Source of the DNA: Candidatus Babeliales bacterium
GTDB lineage: Bacteria; Babelota; Babeliae; Babelales; JACPOV01
Assembly (NCBI GenBank): GCA_050250855.1
Contig: JBFWNW010000002.1
Coordinates: 128,001-192,000 of the forward strand
Direction: 5' to 3'
DNA: 64,000 bases
The notes below the pieces were generated by a model that had not been told where the DNA came from, searched no databases, and saw nothing but the letters and a program-made list of their open reading frames with translations. Both the position numbers and the translations under genes were made by a program. The first letter of the stretch is position 1. Each line of letters begins with the position of its first letter. Shown here piece after piece: positions 1-10,156 of the stretch.

Positions 1-1957
1 CAAAGCAACCAATATAAAATCGGTTATGAAAATAGTTTTGGAGCTTGATAAAGGTGGCCCTAAAGATAGCATTGAAGTTATTCCTCTTTACTATACCTCA
101 GCAGATGATATTCAAAAACTTTTTGATCAACTGCTTGCACCACGTCAACAACCAGTACCTGGTGCTCCTCCTGTGCAAGAGCAAGCTTCTTATTTTCCTA
201 AAAATACAAGAATTATTGCATTGCCGCGTAATAATAATTTAGTAATTATGGGTACGCCGTATACTATAGATCTAGTGCGTGATTTTATTATTAAATATAT
301 TGACCGTCCTTTAGAATCTGGTGAATCAATTCTTCATATTTATGATTTACAATATCTTGATGCACAGCAATTTCAGCCCGTTTTACAACAAATTGTAAGT
401 CCTGGGCAAACAGGACAAAGTACTGGACAGGCTGTAGCTCAAGGGCCTAAGCAATATTTCCAGGGCGTTATTATTGCTGCCGAAAAAACAAGCGAAACGG
501 AACAGCTTGCACCGTCAACCGTAGGCACCAATGGTTCAACGGCTGGCGCACAGCCACAAGCAGAAACCGCAAAAGTAGGTGGTAATCGTTTACTTATTGC
601 AGCACGTAAAAAAGATTGGATTCGCATTAAGCAACTTATTGAGGATCTTGATAAACCCCAACCACAAATTTCTTTAGAAGTACTTGTTGCTGATATAACT
701 CTCAATAGCGATAAATTATTAGGCAGCCAAATGCGCAACAAACAAGGCTGGAATGATGCCATTTCACAAGGTGTTGATTGGCAAAGTGCACAACTTAACC
801 AGCCTGTATTAAAAGCTGCACCTATAAATCCCGATGGTACCGGCGCTAGTGATATCTTCACTCAATTACCTGCAGATGCCCTTATGTCAAACTTATTGCA
901 ATTGAATGATCCTTTTGGCAATGGCCAAAACCTTGCATCAGTTATGACACCTGGATCTTTAGTATTTTCTTTAAAAGATTCTGCCAATAATGGCATTTGG
1001 AGTGTTTGGCAATTTATTAATAACTACACCACAGCAACGCTTATCGCTCAACCCTTTGTGGTTACCAAAAATCACCAACAAGCAAGTGTAACTATTGCAC
1101 AGCAACGATTCGTTGCTGGTAAAGCAGATACCAGTAATACTGCCGTTAACGTTGCTAATGAATGGATTACCGCTGCATTTACTATTGATATTCTTCCTCA
1201 TATAAGTAGCTCTGGTAATGTCAATTTACAAGTAGTGGTAAAAATAAACCAGTTTGCATCCTCTGATGTTACTAACAACACGCGCTTGACGCGCTTAGTA
1301 CAAACCAATGCAAACGTTGGCGATGGTCAAATTTTAGCTCTTGGTGGCCTAACGCGTGAATCAACGGATGATGCTATGCGAGAAACTCCGGTTTTAGGAA
1401 ATTTCCCCATCTTAGGATGGTTCTTTAAAGCGAAGCAAAAAATTAAGGAACGTAATAACCTTATCATTTTTATTAGACCAGTAATTGATAAAGAGATTGT
1501 CGGTGGTACAAGCAAATTTACTCAACGCAAACTTGCTTATGCTAAAGATAGTATTGATGAAAGTCTTTGCTTTGAAAATCTTAATGACCCTATTACGCGT
1601 TGGTTCTTTAAGCCTGATCCGTTCTATGCAAAAAATACTATTGATGAGTACAAACATATAACGCAAAAACATCGTGAGCCATCTGGAAAAGCTGAAGACG
1701 TGAAAGTTTTAGCTGAGCAATCTGTAGATAAAAAAACTATACGAGAGCTTGTTAAAAATGAAACAAATCCTTTATTAAATACGCAAGAAGAAAAATCTGT
1801 GCATATTGCCACCACAAAATCTTCTCCTGCACGCAAAGAACGTTCTGTGCAAGAGAAAAGAATGCATGATATTATTGCAAAAGAAGCTTCATGCCAAGAC
1901 TTAAAACTATTACTTGAAGACGCAGAAAATCCTTTACTTGCTAATTCTCAAGCATAG
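1..1957 (+). CDS. gspD: Type II secretion system secretin (GspD), 5'-truncated by window edge
   Basis: Secretin N3 and C-domain motifs (LIEDLDKPQPQISLEVLVAD; ILALGGL; TPVLGNFPILGWFFK; NLIIFIRPVI). Frame is open upstream of the ORF-track Met at 26. Confidence 0.85.
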   Translation, partial: KATNIKSVMKIVLELDKGGPKDSIEVIPLYYTSADDIQKLFDQLLAPRQQPVPGAPPVQEQASYFPKNTRIIALPRNNNLVIMGTPYTIDLVRDFIIKYIDRPLESGESILHIYDLQYLDAQQFQPVLQQIVSPGQTGQSTGQAVAQGPKQYFQGVIIAAEKTSETEQLAPSTVGTNGSTAGAQPQAETAKVGGNRLLIAARKKDWIRIKQLIEDLDKPQPQISLEVLVADITLNSDKLLGSQMRNKQGWNDAISQGVDWQSAQLNQPVLKAAPINPDGTGASDIFTQLPADALMSNLLQLNDPFGNGQNLASVMTPGSLVFSLKDSANNGIWSVWQFINNYTTATLIAQPFVVTKNHQQASVTIAQQRFVAGKADTSNTAVNVANEWITAAFTIDILPHISSSGNVNLQVVVKINQFASSDVTNNTRLTRLVQTNANVGDGQILALGGLTRESTDDAMRETPVLGNFPILGWFFKAKQKIKERNNLIIFIRPVIDKEIVGGTSKFTQRKLAYAKDSIDESLCFENLNDPITRWFFKPDPFYAKNTIDEYKHITQKHREPSGKAEDVKVLAEQSVDKKTIRELVKNETNPLLNTQEEKSVHIATTKSSPARKERSVQEKRMHDIIAKEASCQDLKLLLEDAENPLLANSQA

Positions 1958-3191
1958 CAAGAGCAAGTTCATCTTCAATCATAAGTAAGCGGTTATATTT
2001 TGCCAGGCGCTCACCACGGGAAAGTCCGCCAGCTTTTATTTGCCCAGCATTAGCACCAACAGCAAGGTCTGCAATAAAAGCATCATTGGTTTCGCCCGAA
2101 CGGTGAGAAACTAAGGTATTAAACCCATGCTCCTGGCATAATTGAAGGGCTTGTAGCGTTTCTGTGATGGTACCTATTTGATTTGGCTTAATAATAGATC
2201 CTGTTGCCAATCCTTCGATAATACCTTGATAGATACGTGTTGGATTGGTTGCAAAAATATCATCGCCAAGAATTTGAATTTTTTTGCCCAAGGTTGCCGT
2301 CAATGTTTGCCAACCTTCAATATCAAAAGCAACAAGACCATCTTCTAAAGAAAAAATAGGATAATCTTGCACCCATTGACCATAGAGCTCAATAAGTTCT
2401 TGCGTAGAAATTAATTTGCCATACCATTCGTACGCTTTTTTTTGTTTGTTGTAAAAAAATGATGCTGCAGCATCAAGCGCAATTTTAAAAAGAGATTCTG
2501 CTTTAAGTGATTGTATAGTTTCCATTAATAGATCTAATGCTTGTCTGTCATCAGTTAATAATGGTGCAAAACCACCTTCATCGCCAACACACGTCAATAA
2601 TTTTTTACGTTTTAATATATCTTTTAATCTATGATAAAATTCAACACCATATTCAAGTGACTGACGAAAATTTTGTGCTCCAGAAGGCACAATCATAAAC
2701 TCTTGTATATGAAGTTTATTATCTGCATGCATGCCGCCATTAATAACATTAAAAAAAGGAATTGGCAGCATAACTGATTCATAACCTAATAACTGAGCAA
2801 TAAATTCATACAACTCCATTTCATTAACTACTGCTTGCGCTTTAATAACTGCCATACTCGCCGCAAGCATACTATTAGCTCCCAGTTTACTTTTGTCATC
2901 AGTACCATCAAGTTGCAAAAGAATTTGATCAATAACAACAACATCAGGTTCTTTGCCAACAAGAGCTGGTGCAATAATTTCTTCTATAATTTGGATAGCT
3001 TTTGAAATTCCTTGGCCGTTAAAGCGATCACCGCCATCACGCAGCTCATGCGCTTCGTAAGGACCTTTTGATTTTCCAGCAGGAACCGCTGACGCAACAA
3101 AAAAACCATCATCTAAATAAAGATAGCATGCTATGGTTGGATATCCGCGTGAATCAAAAATCTCTCGGGCTTGAATTTTTGCTATTTTCAT
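1941..3191 (-). CDS. eno: Enolase
   Basis: REIFDSRGYPT, GDEGGFAP, VSHRSGET, GQIKAG, RGERLAKYNRLL. Confidence 0.97.
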   Translation of the reverse strand: MKIAKIQAREIFDSRGYPTIACYLYLDDGFFVASAVPAGKSKGPYEAHELRDGGDRFNGQGISKAIQIIEEIIAPALVGKEPDVVVIDQILLQLDGTDDKSKLGANSMLAASMAVIKAQAVVNEMELYEFIAQLLGYESVMLPIPFFNVINGGMHADNKLHIQEFMIVPSGAQNFRQSLEYGVEFYHRLKDILKRKKLLTCVGDEGGFAPLLTDDRQALDLLMETIQSLKAESLFKIALDAAASFFYNKQKKAYEWYGKLISTQELIELYGQWVQDYPIFSLEDGLVAFDIEGWQTLTATLGKKIQILGDDIFATNPTRIYQGIIEGLATGSIIKPNQIGTITETLQALQLCQEHGFNTLVSHRSGETNDAFIADLAVGANAGQIKAGGLSRGERLAKYNRLLMIEDELALAMLEN

Positions 3192-3297
3192 AGCTTCCTT
3201 TTTTGTTCTGTTTTGAAATTTGTTATATTATTTTTAATGTACTCTATCAAGAAATTATACTCAATAGTTCCTCTGAAAAATGTAAAGCTGAAATACC

Positions 3298-3720
3298 TTA
3301 TACATTCTCGCTATAAAACAGTTTCTTTATAAAGCAAGCAACACCATCACGGCTTGCATCAAAATGCGGTTGAGGAAGATTTTGAGGGTCAACCCAGCGC
3401 CATTCAGCACACTTTTCTGGCTCCATGAGCTTCAGTTCACCCGTAAAATCTTTTGCAAGCAAAATAACTGATGCGTAATGCTTGCCAAACTCTTTATACG
3501 TCTCAAGGTTGTTGGTAATTGCTATTACTTTTGGATCATGAATAATAAGATTAGTTTCTTCTTTAATTTCGCGCACAGCGCACTGCTCAAATGTTTCGCC
3601 TAGCTCTAATTTACCGCCAGGAATTGACCAAAAGGGCGCATGGCTATTAATACGCTTGCCAACTAAAATCTTGCCGTTATGCTCAATAATTACGCCAATG
3701 CCAACGCGAACTATTTCCAT
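3298..3720 (-). CDS. NUDIX hydrolase (NUDT15/MTH2-like)
   Basis: Nudix box GGKLELGETFEQCAVREIKEETNL; EPEKCAEWRW. Confidence 0.88.
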   Translation of the reverse strand: MEIVRVGIGVIIEHNGKILVGKRINSHAPFWSIPGGKLELGETFEQCAVREIKEETNLIIHDPKVIAITNNLETYKEFGKHYASVILLAKDFTGELKLMEPEKCAEWRWVDPQNLPQPHFDASRDGVACFIKKLFYSENV

Positions 3721-3722
3721 AC

Positions 3723-5489
3723 TTATTTTTTTACCGGCAACTTTTTCAATCCATATTCAAGAAGTTGCTTATCATCAACTGGCGTAGGACTTTCCATTAA
3801 TGGATCATAACCATTTGCCATCTTAGGGAATGCAATAACTTCACGAATAGATGTTGACTCCGTTAAAAGCATAATAAGGCGATCAAGGCCGAGGGCTATG
3901 CCACCGTGCGGAGGAAAGCCAAGTTCTTGCGCTTCTAATAAAAAGCCAAATTTTTCTTTTGTTTGTTCATCAGATAATCCAAGAAGTTCAAAAATCTTTT
4001 TTTGTACTTCTGGTTTATAAATACGAATAGAACCGCCACCAAGTTCAATACCATTAAGCACAATATCGTACGCTCGCGCCTTCATATCATGCGGCTTAAG
4101 ATTTTCCCAGCCCTCTTGTGGTGAGGTAAAAGGGTGATGTGCTGAAGACCACGATTTACTTTCTTTATCATATTCAAGTAATGGAAAATCAGTCACCCAT
4201 GATAGATTTAAAACATTTTTAGGAATCATATCAAGAGCATGCGCTACCATTAAACGCAAGCGGCCTAAAAGTTCCCATGCCTCTTTATAGTCGCCAGCAA
4301 TTAAAAATAATACATCACCATGCGCAAGGCCTGGCACTACCGTTCTTAACTGCTCATAAAAATCTGTCGGCAAAAATTTGGCAACAGGGGTTTCAATTTT
4401 ATCTTCTTCTATCTTCATCCATAGCAAACCTTTTGCGCCAATTTCTTGTGCTCGGTCAACCCAACGCACGAGCTCAGAACGCGAAATATCTTTGCCTTGA
4501 ACATAGATACCCCCAATTTTACCACCTTTATCAAGCACATCGCGTAAAAATTTAAGCTCAGTTTTTTCAAAAAGCTTGGTAAAATCTTGAATTTCCATGC
4601 CAAAACGCAGATCAGGTTTATCTGAACCATAATGAGAAAATGCATGATCATAGGTCATGCGCGATAGTGGTAATGAAATTGTTTTATTAAATAATTTTTT
4701 AAAAAGAAACGCAAAAAGCTGCTCAATTAAACTTTGCACATCCTGTTCTTTAATGAATGACATTTCAATATCAAGCTGAGTAAATTCTGGCTGACGATCA
4801 GCGCGCAAATCTTCATCACGAAAACAACGGGCAATCTGGAAATAACGCTCCAAGCCGCCGGCCATTAAAAGTTGCTTATAAAGCTGCGGAGATTGTGGTA
4901 GCGCATAAAAATAGGTTGGCTTGCAACGAGAAGGGACTAAAAATTCTCGTGCTCCTTCTGGCGTATTTTTTGTCAAAATAGGGGTTTCGATTTCATAAAA
5001 ACCTTGGTTTTGCAAAAATTCGCGCATGGCAAAAATAACATCATTGCGCAAGCGCATACGCTCCTGCATATAGTTCGTACGCAAATCAAGATAGCGGTAT
5101 TTTAGGCGCAACTCTTCATCAACATGCGATGCTTCATCAAGCATAAAGGGCAAGGTTTTTGCCTTATTTAAAATAGTCAGTTCTTCAACTTGAATTTCAA
5201 AATCACCAGTTTTTAAATCAGAGTTCTTGGTTTCTGGCGCGCGCTCAATAACGGTACCCTTAATTGAAATAACATATTCTGAGCGCAATGAATGGGCCAT
5301 TTCATGTACTTTTGGATTTTTATCAGGATTAAGCACCAACTGCACTATGCCGCTACGATCGCGTAAATCAATAAAAATCAATCCGCCATGATCTCGACGT
5401 CTTGCAACCCATCCTGCCAAAGAAACTTCTTTATTCAAGTGGGCTTTATCAATCAACCCGCAACCGGTAGTACGTTCATAATAATGCAT
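3723..5489 (-). CDS. aspS: Aspartate-tRNA ligase
   Basis: RRDHGGLIFIDLRD, FRDEDLRADRQPEFTQLD, PPHGGIALGLDR. Confidence 0.97.
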   Translation of the reverse strand: MHYYERTTGCGLIDKAHLNKEVSLAGWVARRRDHGGLIFIDLRDRSGIVQLVLNPDKNPKVHEMAHSLRSEYVISIKGTVIERAPETKNSDLKTGDFEIQVEELTILNKAKTLPFMLDEASHVDEELRLKYRYLDLRTNYMQERMRLRNDVIFAMREFLQNQGFYEIETPILTKNTPEGAREFLVPSRCKPTYFYALPQSPQLYKQLLMAGGLERYFQIARCFRDEDLRADRQPEFTQLDIEMSFIKEQDVQSLIEQLFAFLFKKLFNKTISLPLSRMTYDHAFSHYGSDKPDLRFGMEIQDFTKLFEKTELKFLRDVLDKGGKIGGIYVQGKDISRSELVRWVDRAQEIGAKGLLWMKIEEDKIETPVAKFLPTDFYEQLRTVVPGLAHGDVLFLIAGDYKEAWELLGRLRLMVAHALDMIPKNVLNLSWVTDFPLLEYDKESKSWSSAHHPFTSPQEGWENLKPHDMKARAYDIVLNGIELGGGSIRIYKPEVQKKIFELLGLSDEQTKEKFGFLLEAQELGFPPHGGIALGLDRLIMLLTESTSIREVIAFPKMANGYDPLMESPTPVDDKQLLEYGLKKLPVKK

Positions 5490-5555
5490 GAAAAATCCTT
5501 TTTAAAAGGGCTAAAAACCTACACTTAGTCTAACAAATGACATAGATTAAAGCAA

Positions 5556-5580
5556 TAAGGGATGCTTAGTGCATCCCTTA
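5556..5580 (-). terminator. Intrinsic terminator-like hairpin downstream of 5612-7615
   Basis: TAAGGGATGC-ttagt-GCATCCCTTA perfect inverted repeat, followed by TTGCTTT on the - strand. Confidence 0.6.
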
Positions 5581-5611
5581 AAAAAAAATTACTCAACTTA
5601 CAATAGCTACC

Positions 5612-7615
5612 TTAAAACCTATACTCAATACCAATATTAATAGTATAAGCAATATTATCACCAAGAAGCGGATTTGCATCAACAGTAATACCCGTTACAT
5701 CAGAGTTATCAATCAATTTTAAATCATCACGATTTAGTGGCATTCCCTTAATATCTGCATAATGACCACCCGGAACAAACATAGAACCAACTACATAAAT
5801 TTTGCAGGCATCAAGCAGCGTAGCATCAATAAATGCATTCGCTTCCAAACCTAAATAGTTGCGTGCAAATTTAGTTGGTGAAGACATGCCAGTAGTAATA
5901 TCAAAAGCACGTGTTTTTCTTTGCTGCCAGTATGCAATAATATTTGGGTTAATATTAAAATTACGATCGCCACAATCTTTACGCCAGTGCAGCCCTGAGC
6001 CAACCAAAATAATATTAGTAAAACCAGAAACTACGGATGGCAAACGCTCAACAACCTCATTTGACGTAGGCAATGAAAGAGGACGCGGCACCTTACCAAC
6101 ACCACCAAGCAAGAATACACTGCGCACGCGATAGCCAGAATAAATTTCTTGCAGCCCAACAAACCCTTTAAAATCCCCATCAACATTACTATCGTTAGGA
6201 TTATCAAGATCTTTATTAGGATTTTCATCACCCGATGCAACACCAGCAGTCCATGCGATTTTCCAATTTCTTTTTTCACCAAATTTATAGGCTGCATCAG
6301 CAACGGCCATCCATCCTTTAAATTTATTAACTGATGGATTACGAAAACGATTAATATCATTATAAAGCGTTGTAGGAGCAACTTCACCAGGAGGAGTAGC
6401 TACACCTATTGGTCTGCCATTTTGTGATGCATCTTCAGCTGAAGTATTAACAAGTTGCTGAGCAGCACTATTAGCAACATAGCGCGTTTTGGGACCATTA
6501 GCTGCACCATTATGAACACGAGAATTTACTAAAATAACTTGTCCTTGGCTATTTTGAAACTCAACCATATTACGATCATAACCAGGAACTACTTGATGTC
6601 CAAAGTTTAATGCGGTATCAAAACCAGCTTCCCAATCTGAAAAGAATGTTTCACCCGCAAAACCAAGTGTTGCTAATTTTGCTCGTGCATCAGCATTAAA
6701 TTCAACCATTTGCTCAGGAGCATTATTAAAAAGAAGATACGGCTCAAAAGCAAGACGCGTATTTTTTTCTTGAATAGGATACCAGCGCAATCTACTTGCT
6801 ACTATAAAATCCATAACGCCTGAACCACGCTCTTGCACTCGTCTTCTGCCAAATTCTTGGCCACGAATTTTAAGCGCAGTGTTTGCCATGCTATCAGTCT
6901 TATTTTGCAAAATGGCGCCATATAAATCATACGCTAAATATTCTTTGGAAATATCACCTGAAGCTTTAAAACCAAATGCATATTGATCAATAACGTTATC
7001 TGAATAAAACCCCAAAATACGTGGGCCAACAGCATATGCATTACCTAAAGCAATACCACGGCCTAATTCAAAAGGAAATGCTCCTAGGGTAAAATAATGA
7101 TCATTCTGAAAATGTAAATCTAATGCAGCATTAATATTAAATTTAAGCCAAATTTCTCGGATCCACACAACATGGCGCGTAATATAATGTTTATGATCAC
7201 CAAAAACGGCTTCTAAAAGTTTCAAATTAGTAGGAGACGTTTGCGCTATACTTTCTGGATTTCCCCATACCCCTTTATTTCTGAAAGTAAGAAAAAATTC
7301 ACTGACATCATGGCCATAGAATTTTTTTCCATACAATGTTTGAAAGTTGAAATCTATAGTATGGCGATTAACAATAAATTTATCTGATTGATTATTACGG
7401 TTAAGCAACGTTGCTCGTTTATAATAAAAACTTTCTGGCCTAAATTTAATTTGAGCACGCCACTGCGTATTACCCCAATCTATAAATAAATTATCACGCT
7501 TTGGAAGCTCACAGCCGCTATGGCATGAATTCCCCAATTGAGAATGATCAGTTGAATAAGAAAATAGTGAGGCTAAAAAAAGAGGTATTACTATACTAAT
7601 ATGTAAACGCGCCAT
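5612..7615 (-). CDS. Putative outer-membrane beta-barrel protein
   Basis: Signal peptide, many alternating amphipathic strands, BAM-type C-terminal beta-signal YTINIGIEYRF. Confidence 0.7.
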   Translation of the reverse strand: MARLHISIVIPLFLASLFSYSTDHSQLGNSCHSGCELPKRDNLFIDWGNTQWRAQIKFRPESFYYKRATLLNRNNQSDKFIVNRHTIDFNFQTLYGKKFYGHDVSEFFLTFRNKGVWGNPESIAQTSPTNLKLLEAVFGDHKHYITRHVVWIREIWLKFNINAALDLHFQNDHYFTLGAFPFELGRGIALGNAYAVGPRILGFYSDNVIDQYAFGFKASGDISKEYLAYDLYGAILQNKTDSMANTALKIRGQEFGRRRVQERGSGVMDFIVASRLRWYPIQEKNTRLAFEPYLLFNNAPEQMVEFNADARAKLATLGFAGETFFSDWEAGFDTALNFGHQVVPGYDRNMVEFQNSQGQVILVNSRVHNGAANGPKTRYVANSAAQQLVNTSAEDASQNGRPIGVATPPGEVAPTTLYNDINRFRNPSVNKFKGWMAVADAAYKFGEKRNWKIAWTAGVASGDENPNKDLDNPNDSNVDGDFKGFVGLQEIYSGYRVRSVFLLGGVGKVPRPLSLPTSNEVVERLPSVVSGFTNIILVGSGLHWRKDCGDRNFNINPNIIAYWQQRKTRAFDITTGMSSPTKFARNYLGLEANAFIDATLLDACKIYVVGSMFVPGGHYADIKGMPLNRDDLKLIDNSDVTGITVDANPLLGDNIAYTINIGIEYRF

Positions 7616-7832
7616 GCAATCCCTTAGAGCACAAAAATATTAAATAATTACTACGCAACCGGACTGCTTCAGAAACAACTATCTTTTTTGGAAAGAGAAA
7701 GGAAAAATCCTATTAATGAATAGTACATACAGGTTAAAGTTTTTGCATAAATTGTCAATAAATTCAGGTATACTTACTATCTTTTTTTAATGCATCTGTT
7801 AGCCTTAAAAAAAATATTTTAATGGAATTATT

Positions 7833-8738
7833 ATGACTATAAAAAAACCTCTTTTACTTGGTGCTCACATTTCTATAGCTGGTGGCCTTGAAAAAGCCAT
7901 AGAGCGGGGCGAATCAATCAATTGCACATGCATACAAATTTTTACAAAAAGTAACCGTCAATGGTATGCAAAGCCCCTACAAAAAGAAGAAATTGTGCTC
8001 TTTAAAAAGGCAGCTGAACAATCTACTATTCAAGATATCGTTGTTCATGCAAGCTACTTGATTAATATCGGCTCAGCAGACAAAGAACTTGGCGCAAAAT
8101 CAGCGTCTTCATTACAGGAAGAGTTGCAAAGGGCAGAAGCATTAGGAATTCCCTATCTTGTTTTGCATCCAGGATCACGCAATGATAGCCCCCTAGAGGA
8201 ATGCCTAGAAAGAATTGCCAAAAATATTAACATTATTTTAGAAAAAAATCCTGGAAAAACTATGATCCTTTTGGAAACTATGGCTGGACAAGGATCAACT
8301 GTTGGAGATACCTTCGACCAACTAGCAACAATTTATAAAAAGATTGATCAAAAACATCGCGTAGGATTTTGTGTTGATACATGCCATTTGCTGGTAGCTG
8401 GCTATGATTTTAGAGATAAAAAAAGCTATGAAGCACTTTGGCAAGAATTTGATAAAAAGCTAGGTCTTAAAAAACTTAAAGCCTTTCACCTTAATGACTC
8501 AAAAAAAGATCTTGGCTCACGTGTTGATCGCCATGAAAATATAGGCAAGGGCAAAGTAGGGCTTGAAGCATTTAGCCTTCTTTTAAATGATGAAAGGTTT
8601 TTTGACATTCCAAAAATCCTTGAAACGCCCAAAGAGAGTCTAGCTGATGATGTTAAAAATATGAATGCGCTCCTACCATTGCTTGATAGCAAAACGCGTA
8701 AAATTCTTTCTATACCTCAGGAAAACAATAAGAAATAG
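7833..8738 (+). CDS. nfo: Endonuclease IV
   Basis: LGAHISIAGG, VHASYLIN, LETMAGQG, DTCH, HLNDSK, DRHENIGKG, ILETP. Confidence 0.95.
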   Translation: MTIKKPLLLGAHISIAGGLEKAIERGESINCTCIQIFTKSNRQWYAKPLQKEEIVLFKKAAEQSTIQDIVVHASYLINIGSADKELGAKSASSLQEELQRAEALGIPYLVLHPGSRNDSPLEECLERIAKNINIILEKNPGKTMILLETMAGQGSTVGDTFDQLATIYKKIDQKHRVGFCVDTCHLLVAGYDFRDKKSYEALWQEFDKKLGLKKLKAFHLNDSKKDLGSRVDRHENIGKGKVGLEAFSLLLNDERFFDIPKILETPKESLADDVKNMNALLPLLDSKTRKILSIPQENNKK

Positions 8739-9041
8739 TAATAGCCCAGCCTCATCTTACCGCTAAGAAGGAATTGTAGTAAAACAATTCGAGGTCTGAG
8801 CTATTACCAAAATACAGCAGTGTACTAACCATACTACCTTAGAACAAGTCTGCCACAGGAAAATTTCAAACTACTTCTAGTAGTACAGTCACCATTTTTC
8901 CCAAAATCAACAACAATTTCAACTTCTTAAAACAGCCACAAAAAAGCAACAACAAAAAAACCGCTTTAAAAGGGCACATTTATATATATAAGATGATTTT
9001 AATACAAAGCAACAAAAAAGCAACAACCTTGCGTTACTTCT

Positions 9042-10067
9042 TTAAATATGGACAAAAAGCCTTGCTTTCGGATTAATCCAAATAGCAATAAGCCAAAGAG
9101 AGAGGATTATAAACAATAGAAAAGATAAAGTTAAGAAAGTTATTCTATTCATCATGAATAAAACAGCTATTAGAAGCAAAAATAGTGATAAATAAAGCAC
9201 AAAAAACAGTATTTTTTTCTTAGACCAACCACCCTGCTGCAAATATATGGAAAAATGATCAGGGCTACCATAATAAAATGGAATTCCTTTATAGGTACGC
9301 ACAATAACTAAAGTAACAACCTCCAAAAGTGGAATCAAAAAAATAATAAGCGGCGTTATAAACCCATAAGGGTTATAGACCTCCCATTGTATTAAAAAAG
9401 GAATAGCAGCCAAAAAACCACCTATAAAAAGCGATCCCGCATCTCCTAAATAAATCTTAGCCGAAGGCTTGTTGTAATATAAAAAGGCAGACAAAGACCC
9501 TAAAAAACACAAAAGAAGTAATGCTACGTTATATTGCTTTGTAATAAGAGCCATAGCGAGCAACATTGTCGCCACGCATAATGCTATGGTAGTAGCCAGC
9601 CCATCCATAACATCAACCAAATTAAAGGCATTAATAATGGTTAAAATCCACAACAATGACAAGGGAAGAGTCCATATATTATTCAAAAAAAAGGTCTCTT
9701 TTAAATACAAGCCAGACTTTAAAAAGCCGAAGGCCGCTATAATTTGCCAAAAAAACTTTTGGTAAGGTTTAATGCGCACTAAATCATCAACAATACCAAC
9801 AAAAAGCAACAACGTTGTGCCAATTAAAAAAAGTCCTATTTTATTATCATAAGGAAATACTATAGCAAGAGATGCTATAAATCCCATAAAAACGGCAACG
9901 CCACCCAAATAAGGAACAGGCTCTTTATGAACTTTTATACGGCCATCAGGCATATCTAAAATATTGAGCTTTTTTGCTAGAGCAGCACACAAGGGAACAA
10001 GATAAAATGTTAAAAGGAAAGAAATGAACCAAGAAATCCCAAGCCTCATAAACACAGAATCCATCAA
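9042..10067 (-). CDS. MraY/WecA family polyprenyl-phosphate GlcNAc-1-phosphate transferase
   Basis: VPYLGG, GIVDD, NAFNLVDVMDGLA, YLGDAGS; multi-TM. Confidence 0.88.
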   Translation of the reverse strand: MMDSVFMRLGISWFISFLLTFYLVPLCAALAKKLNILDMPDGRIKVHKEPVPYLGGVAVFMGFIASLAIVFPYDNKIGLFLIGTTLLLFVGIVDDLVRIKPYQKFFWQIIAAFGFLKSGLYLKETFFLNNIWTLPLSLLWILTIINAFNLVDVMDGLATTIALCVATMLLAMALITKQYNVALLLLCFLGSLSAFLYYNKPSAKIYLGDAGSLFIGGFLAAIPFLIQWEVYNPYGFITPLIIFLIPLLEVVTLVIVRTYKGIPFYYGSPDHFSIYLQQGGWSKKKILFFVLYLSLFLLLIAVLFMMNRITFLTLSFLLFIILSLWLIAIWINPKARLFVHI

Positions 10068-10156
10068 AAACTCCTTTTCAAGAATATAATATTATGCATG
10101 TTGCTATTGAGCATAACACGAAAAGGATGAAAAGCTAGAAAGCTAAAAATATTAAA

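Noticed and set aside
8738..8807. Hammerhead ribozyme
   Set aside because: The CUGAUGA/GAAA core is absent from the junction on both strands.
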